From assembly GCA_963743635.1 (NCBI GenBank), contig CAVUQO010000003.1, positions 608,001 to 672,000 on the forward strand: a DNA stretch of 64,000 bases, in the 5' to 3' direction. Under the pieces are notes generated by a model. That model was not told where the DNA came from, made no database searches, and was given only the letters and a program-made list of their open reading frames with translations. A program made the translations under genes and the position numbers. This document shows, piece after piece, positions 38,996 to 50,700 of this stretch (its first letter is position 1; the number at the start of each line of letters is the position of its first letter). The stretch comes from Candidatus Babeliales bacterium. Lineage in GTDB: Bacteria > Babelota > Babeliae > Babelales > Vermiphilaceae.

Positions 38996-40277
38996 TTAAT
39001 CTAATCCCCATGCAAAATCGACGCCTACATTGCCGCCAACCATACCTGTTCTAAAGATGCGTGTGCCGCTGATTGGATAATCATAGAAGAGAGTAATGCG
39101 CGGGCCAACCCATGAATGTTCTTTGGTAAAATCATATTCAGCTCTGACGTTCAGGGTATGCATGTTCCAGCTTGCAAACATTGGATCTGAATTGATGATT
39201 GGTGAAGGGAATATTGCGCAGTTGGGTGAAGTGAGTTCATCGCCTTGTTCCGTTACATATGAATAACCGACAAGTAGCGAAAAGCCGCGCACGACGTGAT
39301 CTGCTTTGAGATAGGCGCTCGCCTCCCAAATAGTTCCTTTTTCAGTTTTTACACAATCCGCTTTTGCGAGTTTAATAAATCCGCTCTGATCGAGTGCAGT
39401 TTTTAAGCGCAATGATTGATCAGCGTGGAAGAAAAAGAGCGCGCCCATATGGCCGCCAATAGTGAGCCAATCATACGTTCCCAATGCGGCATCAAATGAT
39501 AAAGGAATGGCTGCATGTCCGTTGTATCCAAGGGGAATTGAAAAGACATTGTTTGGATTTTGTTTTTTAGATGATGCAATCAGATAACCAGATTTAATGG
39601 TCAAATCAACGAAATCAAGCACTTCTGTTTCCTGATAATTGAGCGTCCAGCCGAGTTGTAAACTCGACATCGCCAATACCGCGTTCGTTAACGCTTCCTG
39701 CGCAGAGGCAGTATTGATTGAGAATGCTATTGAAATCAGTGAGGAATGCTTGCCATAAGGGATTATTTACATTGGGTTCCTGGCAATCATTGGGAGAAAG
39801 ATCGCAAAATGATATATCGGTAATATTCATAAAGCGGACAGGAGTGTGGAACTGAAAGAAAATGCCGTGGGCAAAGTTTTGCACATAAAAGATAGTTGAG
39901 CTCGGTCAGCTTAAAATGGCCATCATACGAGAGATACCCAAATGAGCCGCGTGCAGGCAACAATGATAATTCTTCTAAAATAACATCAGAGATGTTACTG
40001 AAATCTTTGCCGGGAACGCCGACGCCCAAAAGCTGCATGTTGTAGGGACCATAGATATCTAAGAAGTGGAACTTTATCGTGCTCGCGATTAAAACCTCTG
40101 GAGGTGGAGCCATAGGATGCATAGACATCAAAAGTGGAGAGCCAAGGCCTTTCAAAGCGCGGTTCTCCAAAGAAGTTTGTGGCCCTATAAAAATGGGCAT
40201 TATCGCGCGATGCATACAGGCCGGTAGTACGAGAGGATGCTGCATGCTACGATGAGGGATAACCAGTGTATTTTCAT
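38996..40277 (-). CDS. Putative outer-membrane beta-barrel-like protein, fragmented by frameshifts
   Basis: Likely start MKIHWLSLIV at 40277; alternating beta-strand pattern; aromatic C-terminus VGVDFAW. Confidence 0.5.
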
Positions 40278-40462
40278 GAACTATCTTTCCTTATATACGA
40301 CTATTCTTGGGATAGTGATGGTAAGTTGTTAAAAGAGCGTATACAAAAATATTCCAAAAAGGAAGAAGCAGGCATGAGGCCGGTGCCAGAGTCTTGTTTC
40401 TGCTAGGTGGTATGTTATACTGAAATTAAAGTACAATATAGAACAAATTCGGGGGTCTTTCA

Positions 40463-40974
40463 ATGTGTAGTCAACATATGAATAAAGACGATAATGAGCA
40501 GATTAAACACCATGCAGACGAAGGTGTTGGATGCGGAGCTTACTGCATGTATATCCAGCTTAGAAGCATGCCAAAAAGAGCGTAATGAGTGGAAAGAAAA
40601 ATATCTTTATGCCAGAGCAGATTTTGATAATGCGCAGCGACGCATGGCAAAAGATATGGAGCGACTTATTTGGGACGGTCAGGCAAAAGTGTTCGTCAAT
40701 TACTTGACGTTGTTGCTGATTTTGAACGGGCACTCAAGCGCATCAAGAGCAAGATGGATTTACCCTCATTTATAAGCATATGCTTAAAATTCTTGATCAA
40801 GCAGGGGTAAAAGAAATACCAGCGCAACAGACATTTGATCCTGAACTGCATGAAGCGGTAGCGCACGTTGATGCTCCGGGCCATGAAAGCGGATCAATCG
40901 TTGAGATCTTGCAAAAGGGATATCGATTTAAAAATGAAATTTTGCGTCCAGCACGCGTGAGTGTGGCGAAGTAA
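40463..40974 (+). CDS. grpE: Nucleotide exchange factor GrpE (frameshifted)
   Basis: YARADFDNAQRR, FDPELHEAV, LQKGY..LRPARVSV. Confidence 0.9.
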
Positions 40975-41054
40975 CCCACCTGCGTTTATCCGGGTCTTCC
41001 GACGGCAAACTACGGCGTGCTTTTCACTTGTTATATCTATAAAAGGAGTTAGTT

Positions 41055-41801
41055 ATGACGCGCAATAATTATGGTGTTATTCTTTGGTTATTGAGCATCG
41101 CAAGTCCGTTTGCACTCATTCCCTATCTGCAATCAGTAGCGCTCTTTGCGCATGCTGAGCCGATTGTGCCAACCTTGTACGGTCTGGCGCTTACCGCATG
41201 TATCGCGATGAGTGTGTATGGCTTCATGATCGCGTATGGCATGAACTGGGCCGGAGCAGTTGGTGCGCACTTTTTATTTCTCGAAAAAAATCCAGATCTT
41301 AAAAAGGATCTTTTCATTCCTGGTCTTGTTGCCGGCATTCTCTGCGCGGCAGCGATTCTTCTCATTGATGCAGTATTGCCCGAACCGGCCGTCAGTTTGT
41401 ATGCATTAGCGCGTAACATACCGCCTGCAATTGGATTTTTTTGCCTTTTCTTTTGCATTGTAAATCAGGAAGTTATTCTCTCATTATTTATGCTTTCAGG
41501 CATTGCGGTGCTGTTCAGACGATTTTGTAACACGTTCTCGCATGCCACCATTATGCAAATGAGTATTGTGCTGGCCGCATTACTTTTTGCTATTGCCCAT
41601 TTTCCGCTCTTTTTCTATACCACCATTGGCAATAGTCTGCTTTTAATGGCGAGAATAATGATGCTGACTTTTATCGCGGGCACAACATTTGGCTATCTTT
41701 TTTGGAAGAAAAGCTTTGAAACGGCAATCTGGGCACATGTGGTGGTTGATTTTGTATTGTTCGTTCTCGTGCCGTTATATGCCATAGTTAGTGGTGCATG
41801 A
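41055..41801 (+). CDS. CPBP/Abi (CAAX-protease-like) intramembrane protease family
   Basis: QEVIL (degenerate EExxxR), LFAIAH, AIWAH..D; multiple TMs. Confidence 0.7.
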   Translation: MTRNNYGVILWLLSIASPFALIPYLQSVALFAHAEPIVPTLYGLALTACIAMSVYGFMIAYGMNWAGAVGAHFLFLEKNPDLKKDLFIPGLVAGILCAAAILLIDAVLPEPAVSLYALARNIPPAIGFFCLFFCIVNQEVILSLFMLSGIAVLFRRFCNTFSHATIMQMSIVLAALLFAIAHFPLFFYTTIGNSLLLMARIMMLTFIAGTTFGYLFWKKSFETAIWAHVVVDFVLFVLVPLYAIVSGA

Positions 41802-42879
41802 GTGCTACGACGAGCTCGGTAAAAATAAGTACAATAATCAGCAGCGTGAGAATATCGCCACGAATACCATCAACTTTATGTTGGAGCACCGAGCGAATAT
41901 CCTGAATAATTGAAAGCTTCTTATCGATACCATCTTTCCAATTTTTCAAATCCAACTTATCTACAAGCATGGCATACAATTCTGATAAATAAGGCTCGCC
42001 CACGAGTTTGATACTGCTTTCAAGCCGTTCAGTGATCACTGAAATATCAACGCGCAACTTACCCATTTCATCAATTGGATTGGTCGATAGCGTACCAATC
42101 ATCGGCAGATAGGCCTTTAATGGCACTTGAAAACTGCGTTCTTCATACATGATGTTCATTTGCTGATCGAGTAATCGATCAAAATAGCGCAGTTCAAGAT
42201 GCTGAATATTAGCAAATTCAAACAAATCTAAAATATCTTCATACTCAGATTCATAAATAAATGCAGCCTCGGTATCGATTACGATCAGATCGCCCTTGAA
42301 ATAACCCATAGTTGATTCCAGAATTTCATTTTTCTGATTTTCAGAGAGTGTTTGGGTTTCAAAGCGCAGTGTTGAGGCGATAACGCCACCATATTGTTCT
42401 TTAAATTTTGAGATATCAATTTTGGGATGAACCTTATCAAGTTGGATGACCACATATGATGATTTAGTGTGAAAGAATTGAGGCTTGGTGATATACGGTT
42501 TAACCTTTTTAAAAAGGGAGCCGACATCGATAATGCTATGTTCCTGAAACTTGTTATCGATACTTGATAGCTTTTCCCGTAAATTTTTGAGCGTGTCTTC
42601 GAATGGAATTTGATAAGTCAGTGACACGGCGCCAAAATTGTACATTTTGGTGCTGATACACATTGAGCTGCTATGCGGGTGAGGAAGTTCAACGGCAAGA
42701 GGAATGTGGTAATTTTTAAAATATTTGGGTAACGTTAACGGCCGTGGCATAACCACGCTGGATTCTTTTACTTTTTCAAGGTTAATTTCATCACCAATAT
42801 CAAATGCGTGAAAGATATAAATATTCCCTGCAAAGATCTGAGTATCCAGTTTTTCTTGTTCGGTGGCAAAAGATGGCAT
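41788..42879 (-). CDS. Conserved hypothetical protein (RMD1/DUF155-like) with C-terminal TM
   Basis: ELRYFDRLLD, LKNWKDGIDKKL, LLIIVLIFTEL end. Confidence 0.6.
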   Translation of the reverse strand: MPSFATEQEKLDTQIFAGNIYIFHAFDIGDEINLEKVKESSVVMPRPLTLPKYFKNYHIPLAVELPHPHSSSMCISTKMYNFGAVSLTYQIPFEDTLKNLREKLSSIDNKFQEHSIIDVGSLFKKVKPYITKPQFFHTKSSYVVIQLDKVHPKIDISKFKEQYGGVIASTLRFETQTLSENQKNEILESTMGYFKGDLIVIDTEAAFIYESEYEDILDLFEFANIQHLELRYFDRLLDQQMNIMYEERSFQVPLKAYLPMIGTLSTNPIDEMGKLRVDISVITERLESSIKLVGEPYLSELYAMLVDKLDLKNWKDGIDKKLSIIQDIRSVLQHKVDGIRGDILTLLIIVLIFTELVVALMHH

Positions 42880-42969
42880 GTGTATAGTTCCTTTGTACAA
42901 GATCATGATTAATTTAGAAAGACAATAGCATATTTCAAAGTATATACGCAAATCCTGGCACAGTATTCT

Positions 42970-44382
42970 ATGAAAACAGTGGTTATAATTATGCTTGGCT
43001 CAACGATGCACGCGCTCCTTGCAACGATTATCTCATTCGTGGTGGGATTGCCAGGCGCCTATTATCTTGCTCGTTACGCGATGCCGTATAGATCATTTGT
43101 GCTCTCTGCGTGCACTATTGCATCCATGATGCCGACAAAATTGGTAGCCTCGAGCATCGTGTTCTGGTTTCATGGCTCCGGCTCCTGGGCTATTTTGGTT
43201 GCCTATTGCATGCTCAATATTCCATTTGTGATCGCGGTTTGCGTTAATATCTTTACGTATCGGGATGCTACCATAGAGGAACTTGCCTATGATGCGGGAG
43301 CCACATGGTATCAGGCGTATCGCAGCGTGGTGTTGCCCATTCTCTGGCCATCAATCATTTCGCTCGCGGGATTGATCTTTGTGCTTTGTTTTACGAACGT
43401 TTCTATTCCGCTCATTCTGGGTAATAATCCGTGGCATTACACGTGCGATATGATGATGGTTGAGTGCCATGCTCGCGGGGCATACGATCTGTGTGCATTG
43501 TATGGCGCACTGCGCATTATCGTGAAGGCGTTCATTTTATATCGCTGTACCGCGGGAGGCATTTCCGTGATTCCGCCACTCTCGCATGCAGTTGCAGTGC
43601 GCGCGATACCCGTAAGCAATGCTGGATGGTGGTCAGTTTATTGGATTGCTGTAGCCGCACTGCTCAGTGCGCCCTGGTTTACGATGTTTCGCGCATTGTG
43701 GCAGTGGCCGCAGGGTGAATTTTCAGTTTCCCCCGGAGTCTATAATGCATTGGTGCATAGCGTGCATGCTGCATGCATCGGAGGATGTATAGCAGTATTA
43801 TTTGGGTATCTTTTGCTTCTTCTTTCATTAGAAAAAAGCAGATCGCTCATCGCATTACTCACGATGATTCCTTTTTTCCTGGGGAGTGTTGGCTGTAGTA
43901 TTGCATCAATCGTTGGCGTGCGTTGCGGCATTTATTCACCACTTGTGGCCGCTATAATTTGCTACAGCATCATGTATTATCCCTATGTATATCGCATACT
44001 CAGTATGCATATGCCATTCTATAATCCGCGCTGGCATGAGGTGGCGCGCAGTTATGGGGCAACCCGTTGGGATATTCAGCGGCATCACATTATACCATTC
44101 ATACGTTCAGGATTACTTCGTGCATGGTACCTCGTATGTGTTCTTGGTGTTACGGAAGTGGGAGCAGGCGCAGTGCTTGCAGCAGAGGGATGGATCACTA
44201 TGCCGGTACTTATGCGAGAACATATTGCGCAGGGGCAGTATGAGCAAGCCTGGGCATTATATGGATTGATCGTTCTGGTACTGCTTATTGCGAGTTTGCT
44301 GCTCTTCCTGGTAGGGCTTCTTCTGGATCATGTTTTAATATTTTTACGTTCGGTGAAAACGGAAACGTGCATATTCCGATGA
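42970..44382 (+). CDS. ABC transporter permease, duplicated TM domain (ThiP/FbpB-like)
   Basis: Two EAA-like motifs: EELAYDAGA and EVARSYGA. Confidence 0.8.
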   Translation: MKTVVIIMLGSTMHALLATIISFVVGLPGAYYLARYAMPYRSFVLSACTIASMMPTKLVASSIVFWFHGSGSWAILVAYCMLNIPFVIAVCVNIFTYRDATIEELAYDAGATWYQAYRSVVLPILWPSIISLAGLIFVLCFTNVSIPLILGNNPWHYTCDMMMVECHARGAYDLCALYGALRIIVKAFILYRCTAGGISVIPPLSHAVAVRAIPVSNAGWWSVYWIAVAALLSAPWFTMFRALWQWPQGEFSVSPGVYNALVHSVHAACIGGCIAVLFGYLLLLLSLEKSRSLIALLTMIPFFLGSVGCSIASIVGVRCGIYSPLVAAIICYSIMYYPYVYRILSMHMPFYNPRWHEVARSYGATRWDIQRHHIIPFIRSGLLRAWYLVCVLGVTEVGAGAVLAAEGWITMPVLMREHIAQGQYEQAWALYGLIVLVLLIASLLLFLVGLLLDHVLIFLRSVKTETCIFR

Positions 44383-45458
44383 TTATTGCTCACGTTAATA
44401 ATTTTTAAATGCGGCGTTATCTGCTTATCCATGATGGTAATCGCGTGTAATTGATTATTGCGCAGATTAAGCATTTGCAATTGCTCAAGGCCATGGAGTG
44501 TTTCGCTCGTGATAATAGTCAGCTTATTGTTACTCAGATCAAGATGTTCTAAATGGTGCAATGCATGGAACACATTTTGAGCGTGGGCTCTATTTTTAGT
44601 GCCCGATTTCTTTTTGGCAGGCAGCAGGGTGAGTTTATTATGGCTCAAATTGAGTTTGATAAGATGTGTGAGTGGATCAAATACATCTACATTAATGGTT
44701 GGTAACACATTGTTGCTGATATCGAGATTTTTTAAATGATGTAAATCATTAAATGCGCCAAAACCAAGCCATTCAAGCTTGTTATAGGAAATATTCAATT
44801 CTTCGAGTGCATGAAGATTGAAGCAAGAATTTTTGTCAAAGTGGGGCATAACGTTATGGCTCAGGTTAAGCGTATGTAAGTGAGTTAGATGACTGAAAGT
44901 TTTTGCCTTGATGCTTGAAAGATGATTAAAACTGAGATCAAGATTTTTCAGATGACTCAATGCATTAAAATTATTGATGTGTAAAAGCGATATTTCATTA
45001 TGACTCAGATTGAGTGAGTGTACCGATTTGATGGAGGGTATTTCTTCGATGCCATCAAGATCGGCAATATGAAGATAGGATAAATCAAGCTCGCCATTCT
45101 CGCTGATAGCCCGTCCGAGGCGATCATGTTTAATGAGAATACGCAGTGGAAATGAAATCTTGTCATTCTGTAGATCAAGTACCCTGCCATATAACAGGTA
45201 ATAACAGCGTGCAACGCCATAGCGCAATGATGGGCTTGCGTGATCAATAATGTCTTGCGGCGTTATTTTTCCTAAATGCAGCGCGCGTGCAATTATTTCT
45301 TCATATTCTTCTTTTTGTTTTGGATGCAGTTCTGTGTAGGCCTCTTCATCGAATGAATATGCCGTTTTAATGAGGGGCATATGCAATGAGGTGAATTCCA
45401 GTGCGGCGTTGAGTGAGGTGAGGGTACAGGCTATAAGAACGATCAATGATATACGCAT
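44328..45458 (-). CDS. Secreted leucine-rich repeat protein
   Basis: Signal peptide; repeated LxxLxLSxNxL 24-residue units. Confidence 0.88.
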   Translation of the reverse strand: MRISLIVLIACTLTSLNAALEFTSLHMPLIKTAYSFDEEAYTELHPKQKEEYEEIIARALHLGKITPQDIIDHASPSLRYGVARCYYLLYGRVLDLQNDKISFPLRILIKHDRLGRAISENGELDLSYLHIADLDGIEEIPSIKSVHSLNLSHNEISLLHINNFNALSHLKNLDLSFNHLSSIKAKTFSHLTHLHTLNLSHNVMPHFDKNSCFNLHALEELNISYNKLEWLGFGAFNDLHHLKNLDISNNVLPTINVDVFDPLTHLIKLNLSHNKLTLLPAKKKSGTKNRAHAQNVFHALHHLEHLDLSNNKLTIITSETLHGLEQLQMLNLRNNQLHAITIMDKQITPHLKIINVSNNHRNMHVSVFTERKNIKT

Positions 45459-45542
45459 GAGAGACTCTCCGTTTTTGGGATTATGAGTTATCTCAATGCT
45501 ATAGGAATGGCATGTGCGAAGACAATGGTTTGCGTGAGAATA

Positions 45543-47138
45543 TTACCTATGCAGTGCCCGATATGCATCATCGACCGTTTCAAATACCAAGTTATTCTTC
45601 TCCAGTTTCTTACACTGGCTTGATATTGAAAGGAGCAGATTTTTAATCAAGGGATTAATTGCAGCGAGGGCTACTTTTTTATCTTGTTTATGCATGTTTT
45701 CTATGATTTCATCAATGGCGTCGACGCCGTCGATATCGATAAAAAATACATCTTCCATATCAAGAATAACGTTGTGATATCCTTCGAAATCCGTTTCAAA
45801 GCGTACGACGTGGGATTGGCTATTAAGGTAGGATAATTTTCCTTTAAAGTGGTAAATCAGTACATCTGTTTGCTCACCAGGAGGTAACACTGCATGAGGA
45901 GCATACGCTTCTTTATTTCCACCACGCGTGAGTCGCGTTACTTCATAATGTCCGTGTGATAATTTCTCAACGAAAAAGAGTAATGAGATGACCGCACCGC
46001 CAAAAATACCAATGATGGGATCCTTATATACGGTAATCAGAGCAACCAAAATAGAAATAGAAAAATTGATTTTATCATGCGCAAAGAGCCGCGCAAAATG
46101 TTGGCGTTCGATCATGTTGACTGCAACATGCACCAAGATGGCAGCAATGACGGCCATCGGCATATAGGTAAAATAAGGAAGACAGAGAGCGGATAGCGCT
46201 GCGATGAAGAGACTGCTAAAGGTTGCAGACACTTTGCTCTTTGCCCCTGTTTTAACGTTTAAAACGGTGCGGGCAAGAGCAGCAGTAGCAGGAATCCCAC
46301 CAACAAGCCCTGAGCAGATATTTGCCAAGCTTAACCCCAGCAATTCTTGATGACTGTTGTGTTTTGTTTTGGTCAATCCATCCGCAATTTTTGCTGATAA
46401 TATGGTTTCGATAATCGCGATTAAGGCAATGATAAATGCGGGCCAGAGGATGTCCGTAGAAAATGCGCAGGGAGAAAGTCGAAAAAGTTGGATATGTAGT
46501 GCGCCATATTGAGTACCGAGTGTTTCGAGCGATAAACTGGGGGCTGCATATCCGAGTAGAATGCCTAAAGGTGCGAGAATAACTGCGGGCGGTATGCCCA
46601 GAACGAATCTACGCAGTATAAATTGAGCTAAAAAGAAGCCTAAAAATACTAAAAAGGTTGTATTCGAAAACTGAGAGCTATGCCGTAACGCTTCCCAAAT
46701 ATTTTTGATGAGTTCTTTATGAGCGGGTATGTTGCGCAAGCCCAATGCAAAATTGAGCTGACTAAATCCAATAATGCCGGCAACGCCGAGGGTAAATCCG
46801 TGAATAACGCTCGAAGGGATGAAAATAAGATAGCGTTCAAAATGTAAAAAGTAGGCAATTAAGATCATAATGCCCGCCACAAACGCAAGCATGCTGACCG
46901 ATTCAATACCCTGATTCAGTACGAATGACGCGATGATGCCCGATAATGCGCCCGTTGGGCCGATGATATTATAATTGCTCCCGCCAAAAAGCGAGGCTGT
47001 AAATCCCGCAAAAATTGCAGTAATAATTCCTTGAATGGGCGATACATGGGAGGCTACCGCTAAAGAAATGGATAACGGAATTGAAATGAGTGCTACGGTG
47101 AGACCGGATTTCCAATTGGATTGTATTTTTTTTAACAT
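45543..47138 (-). CDS. sulP: SulP/SLC26 anion transporter with STAS domain
   Basis: GLTVALISIP, IGPTGA, GGIPATAALART, STAS FIDIDG. Confidence 0.9.
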   Translation of the reverse strand: MLKKIQSNWKSGLTVALISIPLSISLAVASHVSPIQGIITAIFAGFTASLFGGSNYNIIGPTGALSGIIASFVLNQGIESVSMLAFVAGIMILIAYFLHFERYLIFIPSSVIHGFTLGVAGIIGFSQLNFALGLRNIPAHKELIKNIWEALRHSSQFSNTTFLVFLGFFLAQFILRRFVLGIPPAVILAPLGILLGYAAPSLSLETLGTQYGALHIQLFRLSPCAFSTDILWPAFIIALIAIIETILSAKIADGLTKTKHNSHQELLGLSLANICSGLVGGIPATAALARTVLNVKTGAKSKVSATFSSLFIAALSALCLPYFTYMPMAVIAAILVHVAVNMIERQHFARLFAHDKINFSISILVALITVYKDPIIGIFGGAVISLLFFVEKLSHGHYEVTRLTRGGNKEAYAPHAVLPPGEQTDVLIYHFKGKLSYLNSQSHVVRFETDFEGYHNVILDMEDVFFIDIDGVDAIDEIIENMHKQDKKVALAAINPLIKNLLLSISSQCKKLEKNNLVFETVDDAYRALHR

Positions 47139-47320
47139 GGGTTTCCCCTTTTTGATAACGCATTAATAAACGCATACCTTAAGGGTTCCATATTAGTTGA
47201 AAAAGTGCAATAAGATTCGGCACAAGATGAGATATTATGTATGTATTACTTATGCCTTACGAGATAAGACTCTTGGTTGTGCGTAACCAGTGTGTACTGA
47301 TCTTGCGCCGGTAAATAAAA

Positions 47321-47341
47321 ACCCCGGATTTGATTCGGGGT
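47321..47341 (-). terminator. Intrinsic terminator
   Basis: ACCCCGGAT / ATTCGGGGT hairpin followed by T-run on the minus strand. Confidence 0.55.
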
Positions 47342-47368
47342 GAATGAATAACGTTCCTTGCGCTCAAG

Positions 47369-47665
47369 TTACACTGGCCAGATGTCGTATTCAGTATTTG
47401 AGTGTATACTCAGTAGCTTAATGCATTCGATATTCTTCGATCTGAGCGCGCGCGCGATGTTACTGTCGTCGCAAAGAGCATTTAATTGATCAACGCTTAG
47501 GGTGAAAAAGATGACGTTCTCGGATTCAGGGTGCTTGATGATTAACGTGGTCCCGGGTGAATATACCGTATTATCTTGTAAGATGAATTGTAATAGTCCT
47601 TGTGCCTCCGCCATCGAAATAGGACCATTGGGTATTTGTATTGGACATACAACTATATGTGTCAT
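47369..47665 (-). CDS. Hypothetical protein (islet)
   Basis: 98 aa, AAGGA RBS. Confidence 0.55.
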   Translation of the reverse strand: MTHIVVCPIQIPNGPISMAEAQGLLQFILQDNTVYSPGTTLIIKHPESENVIFFTLSVDQLNALCDDSNIARALRSKNIECIKLLSIHSNTEYDIWPV

Positions 47666-47752
47666 AATAATCCTTCAGGAAAATGGTTTTCAATTAGTTT
47701 TTCGTAGTATTAGGACGGTATTTTAATCGAGATATCGTTATTAAGCCAGGCA

Positions 47753-50700
47753 TTAATTTAAAACATTTGTATAATCGAAGGTTTTTAAAGCGGTTTCATT
47801 GATGTCACGTTCTGATTTTAATGCGTGAACAAAGGTGAATTTCCATTTTTGTTCCATGGACATAACATTAAATCCAAGGCGATGCAGCAATAGCTTGAAA
47901 GCATCGTGAGGTATGCGCGAGGTGGGCTCAGCGATCCAGAGGTGCCCGTCAAGTTTAAGGCATCGATGGGCTTCTCGAATATAGTCAATGGAATTTGTTC
48001 CCATTAGGGATAAAGAGAAGACAGCGGCGTCAAGTAAGCTGTCCGCTATAGGAACGCGTTTCATGTCACACGCAACCACCTGATCACTAATCGCTATGTG
48101 GTCAAAAGAGTAAACCTGATTTTGCAGCTCTTTAGCTAAGAATGCTTCTCCGCATCCGAAATCTCCAATGATCCAAGAGGGTCTTTTTTTAAGCCAGATT
48201 ATAGCTTCTTGGTATGGAACAATAGGCCACTCATGCCTTTCTTCTCGGTAAGCAGCATGATAGGATTCCCACTCTGCGGGATTCTTGAAAAACCTTTCAT
48301 GTGTTTGTGTGCTAGAACTACTATTGATGCGTTGATTCATCAGTGTTAATGTGCCCAATTTTCGTTTATTGCTGATCGCTATATCGTTCACCAGGGGTAT
48401 AATAATTTTGCGCCGTTCAATTGTCTTTAGATCGCCACGATCAAGTTGTTGAATCCAGGTTGTTAGGTATTCTTGAGCCTGCATTGCTGCTATATGGTCT
48501 TCTTCAGGAATAATGCCATCAACGATCATATCAGCCATTTTTCGTTTCGACTTTATTATATTCAAACGTGCTTCACAGTAAGAAAAACGATTGCCGTTCA
48601 TGTTAAAAAAAGTAAGTGGAAATATGACGTTGACAAAAGATTTTTTTTGTCCCGGTCGATACACTCTTGCTTGTAGTTGTTCAAGGATAGCATATGTCCA
48701 AGGCAGCGAGTTAATAATCAATGTATTACACACTTCTTGTAAACCATCTATGCCCGTTGAGATGCAACTAGAAGCAATCAATACATCAGCATCGCCGTTT
48801 TTGAATGTTTGAAGCCCTGATTTGTCACTTTCACTGTAAATACATACTCGAAGGCCACGTTGTTCAATTGCTCTGCGAAGTAATTCTAAGACTTTTCCTT
48901 TGTTGTGATACTGATTATAAATAATGGTTTTTTCTTCTAAATTGTTAAGAATAAAAGGAAGCTTTGCTTCTGTTAAGACTTCATCTAGTTCGGCAGAATA
49001 TTGCCCTACGCGTCGGCGGCCTTTTTCATCGAGTACAATAGGAGCAATGCGAGAAAGTAATGAAGTTGCATCAATTTCTTCTGTTATGTGATTGAGAACG
49101 CAAGCCTCTCCATCGGGGGTCGTTACCAGAGTCTTATCACGGATACCATGAATCACAAGCTTTTGATGGAGCTTTATGTTGTTGGAAAAGGTCTTTCTAG
49201 TAGATAAATCATTATGTTCTTCGCCTGTTAAGAGCTCAATCAGTTTTTTGCCTTCTGTAATATTGTTGATAACAGGCGTACCAGTCATTGCTAGGATATG
49301 AATGTTTTCATTCTTTTGACCCGCTTCATATCGAAAGGCATCAATAGTATCTTTACGTTTAGACGGAGTGCTTTCATCTCTTTGTTTTGCGTAATGCACC
49401 TCATCAATGATAATAAAATCAATGACGTGATCCTGTAAAAATGCTTGTAATTTGGATGAAGCGTTGCGTTGTTGAAAGAACTCGTAATTTAAAATTACAT
49501 AGAGATTTTTAGCAGAACTGTATTTTTTTAAATTCAGTTCTTTTATAAGAACTGTGCTGTCTGGATATATTTGCCTAAAGTCTTTCAGCCAAGTGCCGAT
49601 GACATTATTAGGACAGCATACAACTGTAATTCGCGCATTAATAACTCGGCTTGCTAAAATGGCTGCGAGAGTTTTTCCTGCTCCCGGTCCCGACCAATTA
49701 GCTATTTTTTTTCGATCTCTCACTAAACAGGCTAAGAGTTTCTGCATAAGACGTGGGGGATGCTTAAAGCTGTATCCTTTTGGAATTATTAACTCTTTTG
49801 TTTTTTGATAATCGCATAGGAACGTGTCTTTAGCAGATTTATCATACAAGCCTTCGCTATGATACTGTTCAAGTGCCTGAGTTGCATTTTCTTCGTTAGC
49901 AAAAGCGCATCGCCAAATTTTATCTATGGCTGATTTAATAAGATATTCAATAGCTTCAATATCGCATCCCGCGAGTATATGGGGGTTATTAAGCAAACTA
50001 AGGGTTTCGTGTATCGTCGTGCATGCATTGCTTCTATGATTATCATTTCTATCAGCGTTAAGACCCATATCGTTGAAAGCTTTCTGTAAACGATTTAGCT
50101 TTTCCTCTTGACTTTCCATATCTGAGGTTTCATCGATAAGTTCATCGACTAAGGAAGGCTGTGCGTTGGCAAATTTTTGAAGTTCTTGCAAAGGAATTTT
50201 GTCTTTTAGAATTGCTTGGACAATTAATTTACCTTTGCCTGCACAATCCAATAATCCATTTGCTTGCTGCATGATAACGTGCAATTCCATAATGGTCATT
50301 GTAAGTAAGTGAGAATCAAGACCTCGTAGAAATAAACGAATTTTATCTATGGTCCAGCCCGAATTGCATAAGGGACAGCCGGTACCATTTCCTGTTCGAT
50401 CGCAACAAGCAGCTTGCCATTCATGTATTGGATCCTTAATGCATAGCCACCATACCTTTTTATTACTTCCTGCGCTAACTTCAGTAGCCTTTAGAGACTC
50501 ATTTTTTATAGGATGCCATTCTTTTGTAATATCAGGATGCGTAATTGCTAGACTGTTTTTTGGTAAGACTTTATGACCAGAGCAAAAAGGGCAACCGTAT
50601 TCATTCTTAGCTCTATCTACACACCTCGTTTGCCACTCATGGTCAGGGTCGTTAAGACATTGCCACCATATTCTTTTGGTGCTTCCAGGAACTATTTCTC

